64,000 bases of DNA from an uncultured Planctomycetaceae bacterium (GTDB lineage Bacteria > Planctomycetota > Planctomycetia > Isosphaerales > Isosphaeraceae): assembly GCA_963833985.1 (NCBI GenBank), contig CAWIAD010000002.1:4064001-4128000 (forward strand), given 5' to 3'. Positions 29,836 through 40,695 of this stretch are shown one piece after another. A model generated the notes under the pieces. The model worked only from the letters and a program-made list of their open reading frames with translations. It had not been told where the DNA came from and ran no database searches. Numbering within the stretch: the stretch's first letter is position 1; each line of letters opens with the position of its first letter. The position numbers and the translations under genes were made by a program.

Positions 29836-32800
29836 CTACTTTGTGCTGGATATCGTCAGGAGGTGATCCACTTCCGCCCAGAGCTGCTGCCACGCCTTGC
29901 GTTCGGGCTCGGGAAGCTTCGCCAGCGCGGCGGAGTCGCGAATGCCGGCCAGGTCGGAATCGACTCGCCAGTGCTGGAGCGTCGGCCGTACCAGCGTGCG
30001 CGCCTGGGCATCCCCCACATCCAGCACCTTCGTCCAGGCGGCCAGCTCGGCTTTCAGCCAGTCGAGGGCCTGGGCGCGGAGCCTTGCCCGGGTGGCGTCG
30101 TCGGGCGGCGGCTCGTCCTTGTCCGCTCCGGCACCGGCCAGGGCCGCAGCGCAGGCGGCGTTGTAACGATGACCGTTCTGGCGGTCATCGCCGAGTTTGG
30201 GATCGGCCGCCAGCGCCTCGGCCCAGAACCGGGCAGCGGAAGCGTGGCGCTTCGTGTCGTAGCACATCTGGGCGATGGCCAGGCGGTCGACGTTGTCGCG
30301 GGGTTTTTCTTCGCCCCTGAGCAGCGCCGGCAGCCGATCCGCCAGCGCCGCCAACCGCTCTGCCTGCTGGACCCACTGCGCCGAGGGGTATCGCCAGCCG
30401 GGCTGCCTGGTACCCAGCTCGTGCCCCTTGCGATATTCCGCGAGCGACCCGTCGTAGTCGCCCTGGCTCCGGAGGCAATAACCCAGGTTGCAGTGGGCCT
30501 CGGCATAGCCGGGCTGGAGCCGGATCGCGGTGCGGTATGCGGCGATGGCCTCGTCCAACTTCCCCTGGGCACTCAGAGCGATGCCGAGGTTGTAGTGGGC
30601 CCCGGCGAGGTCGGGCTGGAGCCGGACCGCGGTGCGGTATGCGGCGACGGCCTCGTCCCACTTCCCCTGGCCCCTCAGAGCGAAGCCGAGGTTGTTGTGG
30701 GCGTTGGCGAGGTCGGGCTGGAGCCGGATCGCGGTGCGGCATGCGGCGACGGCCTCGTCCCTCTTACCCTGGTTCGCCAGGGCCAAGCCGAGGTTGTTGT
30801 GGGCCAGGGCATAGTCGGGCTGGAGCCGGATCGCGGTGCGGTATGCGGCGCTGGCCTCGTCCCACTTACCCTGGGCCGCCAGGGCGAAGCCGAGGTTGTT
30901 GTGGGCCGCGGCGAGGTCGGGCTGGAGCCGGATCGCGGTGCGGTATGCGGCGACGGCCTCGTCCCTCTTACCCTGGGCCCCCAGGGTGTTGCCCAGGTTG
31001 CAGTGGGCCTTGGCGAGGTCGGGCTGGAGCCGGATCGCGGTGCGGTATGCGGCGACGGCCTCGTCCCTCTTACCCTGGTGCGCCAGGGCGATGCCGAGGT
31101 TGTAGTGGGCCCCGGCGAGGTCGGGCTGGAGCCGGATGGCGGTGCGGAATGCGGCGACGGCCTCGTCCAACTTACCCTGGTCCGCCAGAGCGGTGCCGAG
31201 GTTGTTGTGGGCCAGGGCATAGTCGGGCTGGAGCCGGATCGCGGTGCGGTATGCGGCGACGGCCTCGTCCCTCTTACCCTGGTTCGCCAGGGCCAAGCCG
31301 AGGTTGTTGTGGGCCAGGGCGAGGTCGGGCTGGAGCCGGATCGCGGTGCGGTATGCGGCGACGGCCTCGTCCAACCTACCCTGGTCCGTCAGAGCGGTGC
31401 CGAGGTTGGCGTGGGCCACGCCGTCGTCAGGCTTCCGCTGTATCGCCGTGCGGGCGGCGTTGACGGCCCGCTCCAGGATCGGCGCCGCGTCGTCGGCCCG
31501 GCCATTCTCCTTCAAGTAGTGCCCCAGGCAGGACAGGTGCCCCGCGTTCTCCGGCCGTCGCTCCGTCAGGTCGCGGAAGACCGCCTCGGCCTCGGCGCCG
31601 CGGCCCATCCGCTCGAGCAGGTGGGCCAGCTCATGGGCCGTCTCGGGGCGCAGCGCGCGGGCCGCCGTGTAGTACCGCACCGCCTCCTCGCGCGGGCGGC
31701 CGCAGACTGTCCAGGGCAACAGCCAGTGAGTAATTGACCCAGACGTCGCCGGGATGGCGGCCGGCCGCGGCACGCAGCAGGGCCACGGCGGATTCGGCCT
31801 GGCCGATGTCCGCCAGGGTATTGCCGAGCAGCACGGCCGTGGGTGCAGGTAGCCCGGCCGACTCGGGAGCGCTAGCCAGGGCCTTGAGCGCCTCGGCCTG
31901 CGGCTTGCGGTCCTCCGCCAGCAGGATCGTGCGCACGCGGTCGCGATACGGCTCCGGGTCCGCCAGCCGCGCTGTCTCCATCGGCTGCCGCCAGGCGGCC
32001 ACGGGGCGATGCGCCCCGCGGCGCACGGCCGACCAGTCGTCGAGAAAAGCGCTCACCTCGACCACGACGGACTCGGCCTGACGCCCCAGCCGCCGGGCGA
32101 ACTCGGCGGCCTCGAGCTTCTCCAGGTCCAGTTCCGCGGCCTGGAAGGCGGTGGCGTAAGCGGCGTCTGTCCCCTCAAGGCCGACGTCCTGTTGATTGGC
32201 CCGGATCTCGACCAGCTCCTGCCGCAACCTGGCCGTCCGTTCGGCCGCGTCGAGCCCGGCCTGGAGCTCGGCGTGCAGGGCCTTAACCTCCGGCCCCTGC
32301 TCCTCGACGCGCTCCAGCGCCGCCAGGGCGTCGTGCCACGGGCCCGGGTCGGCGGCATCGCTCCGGGCCTTGCGCAGCAACGCCGTGGTCTCGGCGAGCA
32401 ACTGGTTCTTGTGTGCGGCGCGGGCCTGTCGCTGCTGGAACAGGTACGTGAAGGCCAGTCCGCCGGTGGTCGTCAGCACCAGCAGCGAGGCCGCCAGGCC
32501 CACCTGGAACCGCCGCGCCCGGCGTTCGGCACGAGCGCGGCTGTTCGCCTCGGCGGCCGTGCGGGTGGCCTCTTCGGCGCGTGCCGTCTCGGCGGCGCGG
32601 GCCAGTTCGGCGGCACGCAGCCGGTCCTGCACGCCGGCCAGATGATCACCCATCCGCTCGGCCACGGCCGAGGCGGTATGCGGCCGACCTTCCGGCTCGA
32701 CCGCCAGGCAATCCCGCGCCAGGGCAATCAGCTCTGCGTCCGCGCCGCAGCCGGCCAGCCGGCCCAGCGCATCAGCGGTATCGCCCCGGCCCGCCTTGCG

Positions 32801-33802
32801 GAGGATCTCGCCCGAAGTTCGCCCCGTGAACGCCGGCGATCCGGTGAGGATCTCGCAGAGGATCGAGCCCAGCGCGAAGACGTCAGCCCGCTCATCAACC
32901 TGGTCGGTCTCGCCGCGGGCCTGCTCCGGCGCCATGTAGTTGGGCGTGCCCATCACCGAGCCGGCGTGCGACAGGTCCGAATCCGAACCGCTGCGTGCCG
33001 TGGCGATCATCGTTTCCGGGGGCTTCTCCTTGCCGGCCTTGGCATCGTCGACCACGCCGCCACGGGCCAGCACCTTGGCCAGGCCCCAGTCCATCACCTG
33101 CACCTCGCCGAAGCTGCCCACCATGACATTCGATGGTTTCAGGTCGCGATGGATCACGCCGCGTGTGTGCGCGTAGGCCATCGTCTGAGTTATGGCCACG
33201 AAGATGGACAGGAACCGGGGCAGGTCGTCGGCCGGGGTCGCACGCTCCGCCAGCAGGTCGGCGAGTGTCTGCCCTTTCACCAGCTTCATGCAGAAATACG
33301 GGCGCTGGTCGGCGAACATCCCCAGCTCGTAGATCGGTACCAGGCCCGGGTGCTGCAACTGGCCGCCGATCTGGGCTTCCTCGACGAACCGGCGGACCAG
33401 CTCGTCCTTCTCGCGCAGGTCGTCCCGCAGCACCTTGATCGCGACATCGCGGCCGAGGTCCGGGTCGCGGCCCTTGTAGATGGTACCCATGCCGCCCTGG
33501 GCAATCTCGCCGTCGATGCGGTAGCGGGTCGATCCGTCCCCGTCCGTGACCGGCCGGATCACTGGCGATGGTGTCTCGCCCAGGGCCGTGTCGCGGAGCA
33601 GAACCCGAGGCACCGTGCCGATGGTCGCGGCGATCGAGTCCAGAACGCTGGCTGCTCCGCGGCCGAATTCGCCGGTCAGACCGGTGGAGTCGTCCGGAGC
33701 AGCGGACCCCGGCCCATCGATTCCCAGCCGGAGCAGGCAGCGCGGGCAGACACCGTCAGAACGCAGGGCACCGCACTCGGGGCAGCGGTCTTGCGGGGAC
33801 AT
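29836..33802 (-). CDS. Ser/Thr kinase with TM and TPR array (frameshift near 31695)
   Basis: CPECG/CPRC N-terminus, GGMG, HRDLKPSN, DWGLAK, GTPNYMAPEQ; TPRs in ORF 29836..31773; RYNAACAAALA C-terminal motif. Confidence 0.9.
30480..31410 (-). repeat. About nine near-identical 102-bp TPR-encoding repeats
   Basis: Unit AHNNLGxALxxQGKxDEAVAAYRTAIRLQPDL, conserved at DNA level with period 102. Confidence 0.92.
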
Positions 33803-33974
33803 GATGCGACCTCCAAACAACGGAAAGACGTTTCTTCCGGTTTCTGTTCCGGCCACAACAGAGAATAAGGAGCCGGTGGCGAAACGTTACAGCAGCCTGA
33901 AAAAAATCCACGACCCGACAGAAGGCGAGGAAACGACCCGATCGGGCCGGACGCGGCTGTCGTCACTCTCCAAG

Positions 33975-34370
33975 GCAGGAAGACCATGGAACCACAGGGA
34001 TCACAGAGAGCACGGAGAGATGACCATGGACGAGAGGAGGAATGATCGACGACGAAAGTTCAACACTCTAAAAGTCTGGAGAAGACCATGGAACCACAGG
34101 GATCACAGAGAGCACGGAGAGATGACCATGGTCGAGAGGAGGAATGATCGACGACGAAAGTTCAACACTCTTAAAGTCAGGAGAAGACCATGGAACCACA
34201 GAGATCGCAGAGAGCACGGAGAGAAGACCATGGTCGAGAGGAGAAATGATCGACGGCGAAAACTCAACACTCTTGAAGGCAGGAGAAAACCGTGGAACCA
34301 CAGAGATCGCAGAGAGCACGGAGAGATGACCATGGACAAGAGGAGAGATGATCGACGACTAAAGTTCAAC
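33975..34370. repeat. 102-bp purine-rich tandem repeat, about 4 copies
   Basis: ACCACAG(G/A)GATC(A/G)CAGAGAGCACGGAGA at 33991, 34093, 34195 and 34297, with conserved intervening sequence. Confidence 0.92.
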
Positions 34371-34471
34371 GGGATCATGGGCCGGCCGAGGACCCGGGAG
34401 TTCGGGCAGGGCCAGGTCGGAATGAACGCTGGTCTCGATCCGATGCCCAGCGGCGTTCTCTCAGCCTCTTC

Positions 34472-34782
34472 GGTGGGTTGCGCTGCGCTGAGCGACCCGA
34501 CGAGTTCGCACTCTGTGGTCAGTTGTGTGCTTGACCGTTCGCGCCCGCGCCCTCTCTCCACGCAAACACCGGTAGGGTGGGTCAGCGCAGCGCAACCCAC
34601 CAGTTCGCAAACCTTTACGGTGGGTTACGCTGCGCTGACCCACCGTACGAGTTCGCTCTCTGTGGTCAAGTGTATGCTTGACCCTTTGCGCCCGCGCGGT
34701 CATCGGCAGGCTGGGTCAGCGCAGCGCAACCCACCGGTTCGCAAGCTTTTGCGGTGGGTTGCGCTGCGCTGACCCACCCTAC
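34472..34782. repeat. Cluster of five GTAG-family REP elements in alternating orientation
   Basis: GTAGGGTGGGTCAGCGCAGCGCAACCCACC or its reverse complement (some degenerate) at ~34472, 34572, 34619, 34706 and 34753. Confidence 0.85.
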
Positions 34783-34826
34783 GAATTCGCACGGTTTCTT
34801 GGCGCTGTGTCGTGTCATTGAATAAA

Positions 34827-35561
34827 TCAGTGCCCCAGGACCTCGAACAGCGCTCGGAGCTCGTCCTCGACGGCTTCCTTGCTGGGGTCGCGGAGCGTGG
34901 CGGCCACTTCGGTCCGGAGCGCGGTGGCAAACCGCTTGCGCATCCGGTGCAACGTGACGCGGAGGTTGCTCTCGGTCATGCGCAGCTCCGCGGCGATGGC
35001 GGCGCGGGCGGGTGCATCGGGGTCAGCGGTCAAGAGCGGGCGGAGGCGGTAAACGAGACGCGACCGGCCGGAGTTTTCGTAATGCGTTTCCAGCGCGGAG
35101 TGAACCCGGGTGAGTACCGCGAGTGCCCAGGCACGCTCGAACAGTCGATCGGGCGCTTGCTCGTACGCAGGTTCACTCTGGTAGCGGCCCTCGGCGTCGC
35201 GGGCGTCGATCGGCACCACCGGCCGGCCGCCCCCGCGCTTCAGTGCCCGATCGCGGTCGCGGCGGTCTGCCAGGAAGAACGAGCAATCCGCCAGCAGGAA
35301 CGAGCGAAACCGGCCCTTGATCGGGTCGGCCGCGGCGATCGTGCCTTTTTCGAGCAGCCGGGCGAAGTAGTCCTGGGTCAGGTCCAGGGCCGCATCGGCA
35401 TCGTGGCCCTTGCGGCGGATCAAGGCGTAGATCGGGTACCAGTAGGCCGCACAAAGCTCCGCGAGCGCCGCGTGGGCCTCGGGCGTGCGCGGACTTCCGG
35501 CCCTGGCCACGAGGCTCCAGCGGGTGGATGGGAAGCGGGCCGGCTGTGCGGAATCGTTCAT
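34827..35561 (-). CDS. ECF sigma-70 factor (planctomycete kinase-associated type)
   Basis: FPSTRWSLV, LCAAYWYPIYALIRR, DLTQDYF, GRFRSFLL, KRGGG, FERAWA and LHRMRKR. Confidence 0.92.
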   Translation of the reverse strand: MNDSAQPARFPSTRWSLVARAGSPRTPEAHAALAELCAAYWYPIYALIRRKGHDADAALDLTQDYFARLLEKGTIAAADPIKGRFRSFLLADCSFFLADRRDRDRALKRGGGRPVVPIDARDAEGRYQSEPAYEQAPDRLFERAWALAVLTRVHSALETHYENSGRSRLVYRLRPLLTADPDAPARAAIAAELRMTESNLRVTLHRMRKRFATALRTEVAATLRDPSKEAVEDELRALFEVLGH

Positions 35562-35827
35562 CACTACCGCCTGAGATTGAGATGGGGCACTCGCTCGGGA
35601 CCGCCGAGGTGACGATTCATTGTATTGTAGCTTCCTCCAGGATCGAATCCGACCAGCGCGTGCGTCCGGCACAAGCGGTTCCCAGTCGCGATTCTCTCCG
35701 AGCCTCTCGAAGACGGTGGTGATCTTGCCGTAGACTGTCTGTCCAGGGCCCGTGCACGCTTTCAGCTTGTGGCCTGGTGAAGGCGGCTCGTGCGTTGAAA
35801 TGGACCGATGCTTTCGGGGAGACCGCC

Positions 35828-36814
35828 ATGCCCGTGCCTGGGCAATTCACTGTGCTGGTTGCCGACTTTCTTGATGAATCGACGGTCGAGTCGGCGGTGT
35901 TACGCGACATCGCTGACCTGGTCCTGTGCCGCGCGACGCACGAGGACGGCCTGGCCGACGACCTGCCCAATGCCGACGCGATCATGCTGTACCACGACAT
36001 ACCGCACCTGGGCGAAGCCAGCTTTGCGCGGGCGCCGCGGTGCAAGGGTGTGGTGCGGGCGGGGGTGGGGTATAACAATATCGATCTGGAGGCTGCCGGC
36101 CGTCATGGCGTGATCGTTTGCAATGTTCCCGACTATGGAACCGAGGAGGTCGCCGATCACGCGATCATGTTCCTGCTGGCCCTGGTGCGCCGGCTCGTAC
36201 CCTGCCATCAAGCCATCCGCGCGGGCACCTGGCATTACCAGTCGGCCATCGGCACGCCCCGGCTGCGGGGCAAGACCCTTGGGCTCATCGGCTGCGGGCG
36301 GATCGGCACGGCGACGGCGGTGCGGGCCAAGGCGCTGGGGCTCGATGTGGTCTTTTACGACCCCTATCTCCGCCAGGGCATGGACAAGGCGCTGGGGATC
36401 CGCCGCGTCTACCGCCTGGAGGATCTTCTCGAGCAGAGCCATTTCGTCAGCCTGCACTGCTACCTGGACGCGGCGACGCACCACCTCATCAACAAGACGA
36501 CGATCGCCCGGATGCGTACCGGGGCGATGCTCATCAACACGGCGCGTGGGCCTTGCGTGGACGAGGAGGCCCTGATGGACGCGCTCGATTGCGGCAAGCT
36601 CGCGGCCGCCGGGCTGGACGTGGTCGAGCATGAGCCGCTCCGGAACGCCCGCCTGCGCGATCATCCCGGAATCCTGTTCACGCCGCACTCGGCGTTTTAC
36701 AGCATCGAAGGCTTCATCGAGCTGCGGACCAAGACCGCGGAGGAAGTCCGGCGCATCCTGCTCGGCGAACCGCCCCGCAACCCGGTGCAGTGCGTGATGC
36801 CAGCAAACCACTGA
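35828..36814 (+). CDS. D-isomer 2-hydroxyacid dehydrogenase (CtBP-like)
   Basis: RAGVGYNNID, NVPDYGTEEVAD, GLIGCGRIG, INTARG and TPHSAFYS. Confidence 0.92.
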   Translation: MPVPGQFTVLVADFLDESTVESAVLRDIADLVLCRATHEDGLADDLPNADAIMLYHDIPHLGEASFARAPRCKGVVRAGVGYNNIDLEAAGRHGVIVCNVPDYGTEEVADHAIMFLLALVRRLVPCHQAIRAGTWHYQSAIGTPRLRGKTLGLIGCGRIGTATAVRAKALGLDVVFYDPYLRQGMDKALGIRRVYRLEDLLEQSHFVSLHCYLDAATHHLINKTTIARMRTGAMLINTARGPCVDEEALMDALDCGKLAAAGLDVVEHEPLRNARLRDHPGILFTPHSAFYSIEGFIELRTKTAEEVRRILLGEPPRNPVQCVMPANH

Positions 36815-36874
36815 TAGTTCGTTCAAATAGGAATATTAGAGAGATCATGGTTCGCTGGTCTCGCGGGGCGTTGC

Positions 36875-39373
36875 TTACTCGCCGCGGTCGATCCAGCGGG
36901 CCAGGGTCTCCGGTGACAGGGCGCCGGAGGTGAGCCGCAGCGTGTGCGGGGACCCGGCCCGGTCATAGGCCGTCGTGGGCCAGCTTCGGTCCATTCCTGC
37001 CGCGGCGTGATCGATCCAGAGCGACCCAGGCGCCGCGAGGGCCGCAGCCGCCTTGAAGCCGCCGAACTGGAAGAGGCCCGGCAGGTCGAGGGCAGGGGGG
37101 AGCGTCCGGGAGCCGTCGCTGTCTTTCCAGCCGGCCATGTCCACGGCCGTCCGCGCCAGTCCTTCCAGCAAAGGCCGGGCCAGCAGGACCTGAGGGCCGG
37201 CGAGCCCCTGACCGACAAGGTTGACCTCGCGCACGTCCGGCTGTGCGCGTGCCCAGGCCAGCACGGTGGCAAGGTCCTGCATCTGGTCGGCCGCCAGGCT
37301 GGGGTTGTAGGTCTCGAAGTGCACGGTCTGCGGGCGGTGCGGCACGGGCCGGGCAGGGTCGATCGATTCGCCAACGAGCAATGGGTCGAAGCCGACGACG
37401 CTCTGGCCGGCCGCCAGCAGGGCACGGACTGTGGCGGCCGGTTCGCCGGCGGCCGTGGCCAGGCCAGCCTTCCCCCGCGAGTCGGCGATGACCGTCAGCC
37501 GGCCGGTCGCGTGGATGGGTATCAACTGCACGACGGGGATGGCGTCCCCTTGCCGTTTTCGACCGATCTGCGAATGGATGATCGTGAATCCTTCCCGGCT
37601 CATCCGCCTGACCTCATGATGCACAATCGATTCCGGAGGCGGGTTCACCAGCCCCACGCGGTGTCTCAGGCTGACCATCAAGGACCGCCGTGCCGCCTCC
37701 CAGCCCGCGGGGTTCTGCCGTACTGGAGCCAGCGCGTCGATCTGGCCGCCAAGCTGGCCCACCAGGTCGGCCTCGAGCTGCTCGGGCGTCTTGCGACTGG
37801 CCGGCGCGGGATGAGATCGATCGAAGGTCCGCAGATCGTCCGGCTTCTCGGTCTGCTGCTGGCCCTCGCGGGTGCCCGCGGAATCACTGATCCCCAGCAG
37901 CCAGCGGCCCATGAAGGCGTACACAGCGTTGCGGCTGGTCTGGTTGTAGTTGTGCGGGAAATCGAAGACCGCGGCCTCGATCCGGTCTGTAGAGCCCACA
38001 AGCGAGTACACGCCGCGGATGGTGGGGAACGCCCGGGTCATGGTCTTGGCCGTCCAGTCGCCGGTGGCGCCGACCAGGATCATGGGCCGGGGCGCGCACA
38101 GGGCCGCAATCTCCACGTTGTCGGTTCCCAGTCGGAGGCCGGCGGCGTTCTCGCACACGCAGCCGCCCTGGAACCAGTCAGAGACCATGACCACGGGCGC
38201 GGCAACCTTGATGCGTTCGTCCACGGCGGTGAGCAGGAACGTCTGCGTGCCTCCGCCGGACTCGCCCGTGCAGCCAATGCGCTCGGGGTCCACGTCGGCC
38301 AGCGACGTCAGCCAGTCGAGCGCCCGGATACTATTCCAGGTTTGCAGGGTGGGCAGGCTGAACCCCCAGCGCCGCAGGCGATCGTTCAGGAACACATGAG
38401 GAAACGGCTTGCTATCGTTGTAGCCGACCATGTCGTACATGAAGACCACGCAGCCGAGCTTCGCCCAGCGGATGCAGCGTTGCTGGACGTCATCGTGAAC
38501 TCGGCCATCCTGCCAGTGGCCATGCGGGCAGAGCAGGCCGGGCAGGCGGCCCGTTCGGCCGGCAGGACGGTACAGGTTGCCGCTCAGGGTGAACCCGGGC
38601 ATGGTCTCGAGCACGGCCTTCTCGATCGTGTAGCCATCCCTCGTGACCTTGCCGTACACCTGGGGATTCAGGAACGTCTTCGGCGGCATGGGCCAGAGGC
38701 CAAGAGCCACGAGCAACTGCTGGCGGAGCGTTGCCGCACGATCACGCCAGGCCTGCGCGTTCGGAGGCGGCTCGAAGTCGGCGCCTTGCTGGTTCGTGCG
38801 GACCTCGGTGCGGCGCCGATCCGGCGTGGGCGCGACCGTATCGAAGCGGCCGCGGACGAGATCGAGCAGCCGGCCGGGCTCCGCGTGCGTACCGGTCGTG
38901 AGCACGAGCAAGGCCGGAACCGCGGGCGGCTCGTCCTGCGTGCCGCTTTTCGGCGCCGGCTTCGAGGCCGCTTCGTCCCCGGCCTGCGACGGGCCGCTCT
39001 CGTGTTTCGGTGCGGGCGCGACCACGATCCTCAGTGGCTGCCCCGCCCGCAGCGCGACTTTCCCCAGCGTCTCCCAGCGCGGGGCGGGATCGCCGGGCTT
39101 CGTCTCTGCCTGAAGGCTCACGGTGTCGCCCTCGTGTCCCAGCCGCCAGAACTGGTTCCCCGGCGACCAGACATGCAAGACCGCATCAGCCTGTGTTCGC
39201 AGCGCGATTCCATCGCGAAGAGCCGGGAAGTCGCTAGCGGTGAAGACCAGCGCGGCATCCGCGGCCGGGCCGGGCGCCTGCCCACCGGTCACGCTGCCGC
39301 ACAAAGAGAAAAGCAGTGCGGCCAAGCTGGACGCCACGATCCAGCCCACCGGAGGGCGAAGCGATGAAGTCAC
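36875..39373 (-). CDS. Secreted acetylxylan esterase-like alpha/beta hydrolase
   Basis: CPHGHW, GCTGESGGGTQT, GGCVCEN and HNYN; start uncertain (GTG at 39373). Confidence 0.82.
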   Translation of the reverse strand: MTSSLRPPVGWIVASSLAALLFSLCGSVTGGQAPGPAADAALVFTASDFPALRDGIALRTQADAVLHVWSPGNQFWRLGHEGDTVSLQAETKPGDPAPRWETLGKVALRAGQPLRIVVAPAPKHESGPSQAGDEAASKPAPKSGTQDEPPAVPALLVLTTGTHAEPGRLLDLVRGRFDTVAPTPDRRRTEVRTNQQGADFEPPPNAQAWRDRAATLRQQLLVALGLWPMPPKTFLNPQVYGKVTRDGYTIEKAVLETMPGFTLSGNLYRPAGRTGRLPGLLCPHGHWQDGRVHDDVQQRCIRWAKLGCVVFMYDMVGYNDSKPFPHVFLNDRLRRWGFSLPTLQTWNSIRALDWLTSLADVDPERIGCTGESGGGTQTFLLTAVDERIKVAAPVVMVSDWFQGGCVCENAAGLRLGTDNVEIAALCAPRPMILVGATGDWTAKTMTRAFPTIRGVYSLVGSTDRIEAAVFDFPHNYNQTSRNAVYAFMGRWLLGISDSAGTREGQQQTEKPDDLRTFDRSHPAPASRKTPEQLEADLVGQLGGQIDALAPVRQNPAGWEAARRSLMVSLRHRVGLVNPPPESIVHHEVRRMSREGFTIIHSQIGRKRQGDAIPVVQLIPIHATGRLTVIADSRGKAGLATAAGEPAATVRALLAAGQSVVGFDPLLVGESIDPARPVPHRPQTVHFETYNPSLAADQMQDLATVLAWARAQPDVREVNLVGQGLAGPQVLLARPLLEGLARTAVDMAGWKDSDGSRTLPPALDLPGLFQFGGFKAAAALAAPGSLWIDHAAAGMDRSWPTTAYDRAGSPHTLRLTSGALSPETLARWIDRGE

Positions 39374-39551
39374 AATAAAGCTCCCATTCCAGGGATCGAG
39401 GTCCAGCAGGCCGGGTACGGCAAGGCGAGGCAGGAGTCGGCAATCCACCCGACCCAGCCGTCCCTTGCCCTCTCGTGTCGTCCCACCCCATCCTATCTCG
39501 CCCGGCACGCGGCTCAAGCGGTTACCCAAAGCGGCGGGGTACGGCCGGCAA

Positions 39552-40417
39552 TTAGCTTTCGCGAAGGAGATCAAGGATGCGCGTGGACCCGAGCAGCGAC
39601 TCGACGGTCACGGGCTCGGTGGTGGGAAACAGGCAGTAAGCCGGCAACGGGTTGGTTCCGTCGATGATGATCTGGCGGTGATTCGCCTGGCGAAACCCCT
39701 CATCGCAGGGCTGGTGGCCGGTGACGAACCAGTCGGCGTCGACCATGGCGGCGAAGCGGTCGGCCGTCTCGGGCGTCGTGTCGCGGCCCCAGGTCAAGGC
39801 ATAGATTGTGCCGCCCCGTTTCATGGCCTCTTCGGGCCATGTCTCGGCCTGGAGCAGGGACAGGTCCAGGTCGTCGAGATAGCGGGCATCCGGCAGCGTG
39901 TGGCAGATGAACACCCGGTTGGACGTACGCACCGCCAGCGGCAAGGCCGCGAAGAGGCCCAGGTATGATTCGTACACGTCATGTGTCCGGGGACCGTAGG
40001 CCAGCTCCATGCCCTGGCGAAACTTCAGGTTCAGGGCATGGCCATCCTTGCCGATGATGCGGCCGGTGAGTCGGAAAGCTCGTGGTTCCCGAGGATCAGG
40101 TGAACGCGCTGGGGATACTGGCACTTCAGCGCCGAGACCAGGTCCACCAGCCGGTGCGAGCGGTCGGGCCGTTCGTCGTCGTACTTGTTCGTCTCGTGAA
40201 CCAGCTCTTGCAAGACCAGATGCCGCCGGGGATTCCGTTCCAGGCCCGCAATCGCCAGGGCCTCTCGAAACGCCGGCAGGTTGCCGTGCAGGTCGCCCAC
40301 GACCATAACTTCGTCGGCATCCTCGAGAGTGATCACCGAGCCGCGGCGTCCCGGTGTCGCTCGCATCAGCTCGGCAGCCTTGCGAACGGTGGCGACAATT
40401 CTCTGAGGGTCAGGCAT
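39552..40417 (-). CDS. Calcineurin-like metallophosphoesterase (frameshift near 40070)
   Basis: VGDLHGN, LGNHE, LTWGRD and TGHQ across two ORFs. Confidence 0.85.
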
Positions 40418-40695
40418 GGGAGGACGCCGGGCCGGAGGACGAGAGGGAACTTGCGATATACTTGGCGTTCTATTCTAGCTCCGATTCGCCTTTCGCGAAG
40501 GATGGTAGGAGCCGGATTTCCTCCGCGACACGGTGAGTCTCAATGTGGGTTGCCGCGAGGGAAGAGCGTCCGTGGGGCGAACAGGTCATGCGGAACGGGG
40601 AGTTTTTTCAGGGTTTTCCTTCCACCGCTGCCTTCCTGATGGTAAAACGACATTTGTAGTGGACCCGAGGCAACACAGCAAGAGGAGGTCCCCGG

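Noticed and set aside
29797..31737. 646-aa + strand repetitive ORF
   Set aside because: Antisense shadow of the TPR array
33975..34370. Possible CRISPR array
   Set aside because: The whole 102-bp unit is conserved, there are no unique spacers and no cas genes in the window
33546..34772. 408-aa + strand ORF with WNHRDHREHGE repeats
   Set aside because: It overlaps the kinase start on the opposite strand and runs through REP elements; probably a by-product of a repeat period divisible by 3
36944..39367. Long antisense ORFs (also 50414..52837, 24982..27342 and 16548..18401)
   Set aside because: Typical high-GC shadow frames opposite well-supported genes
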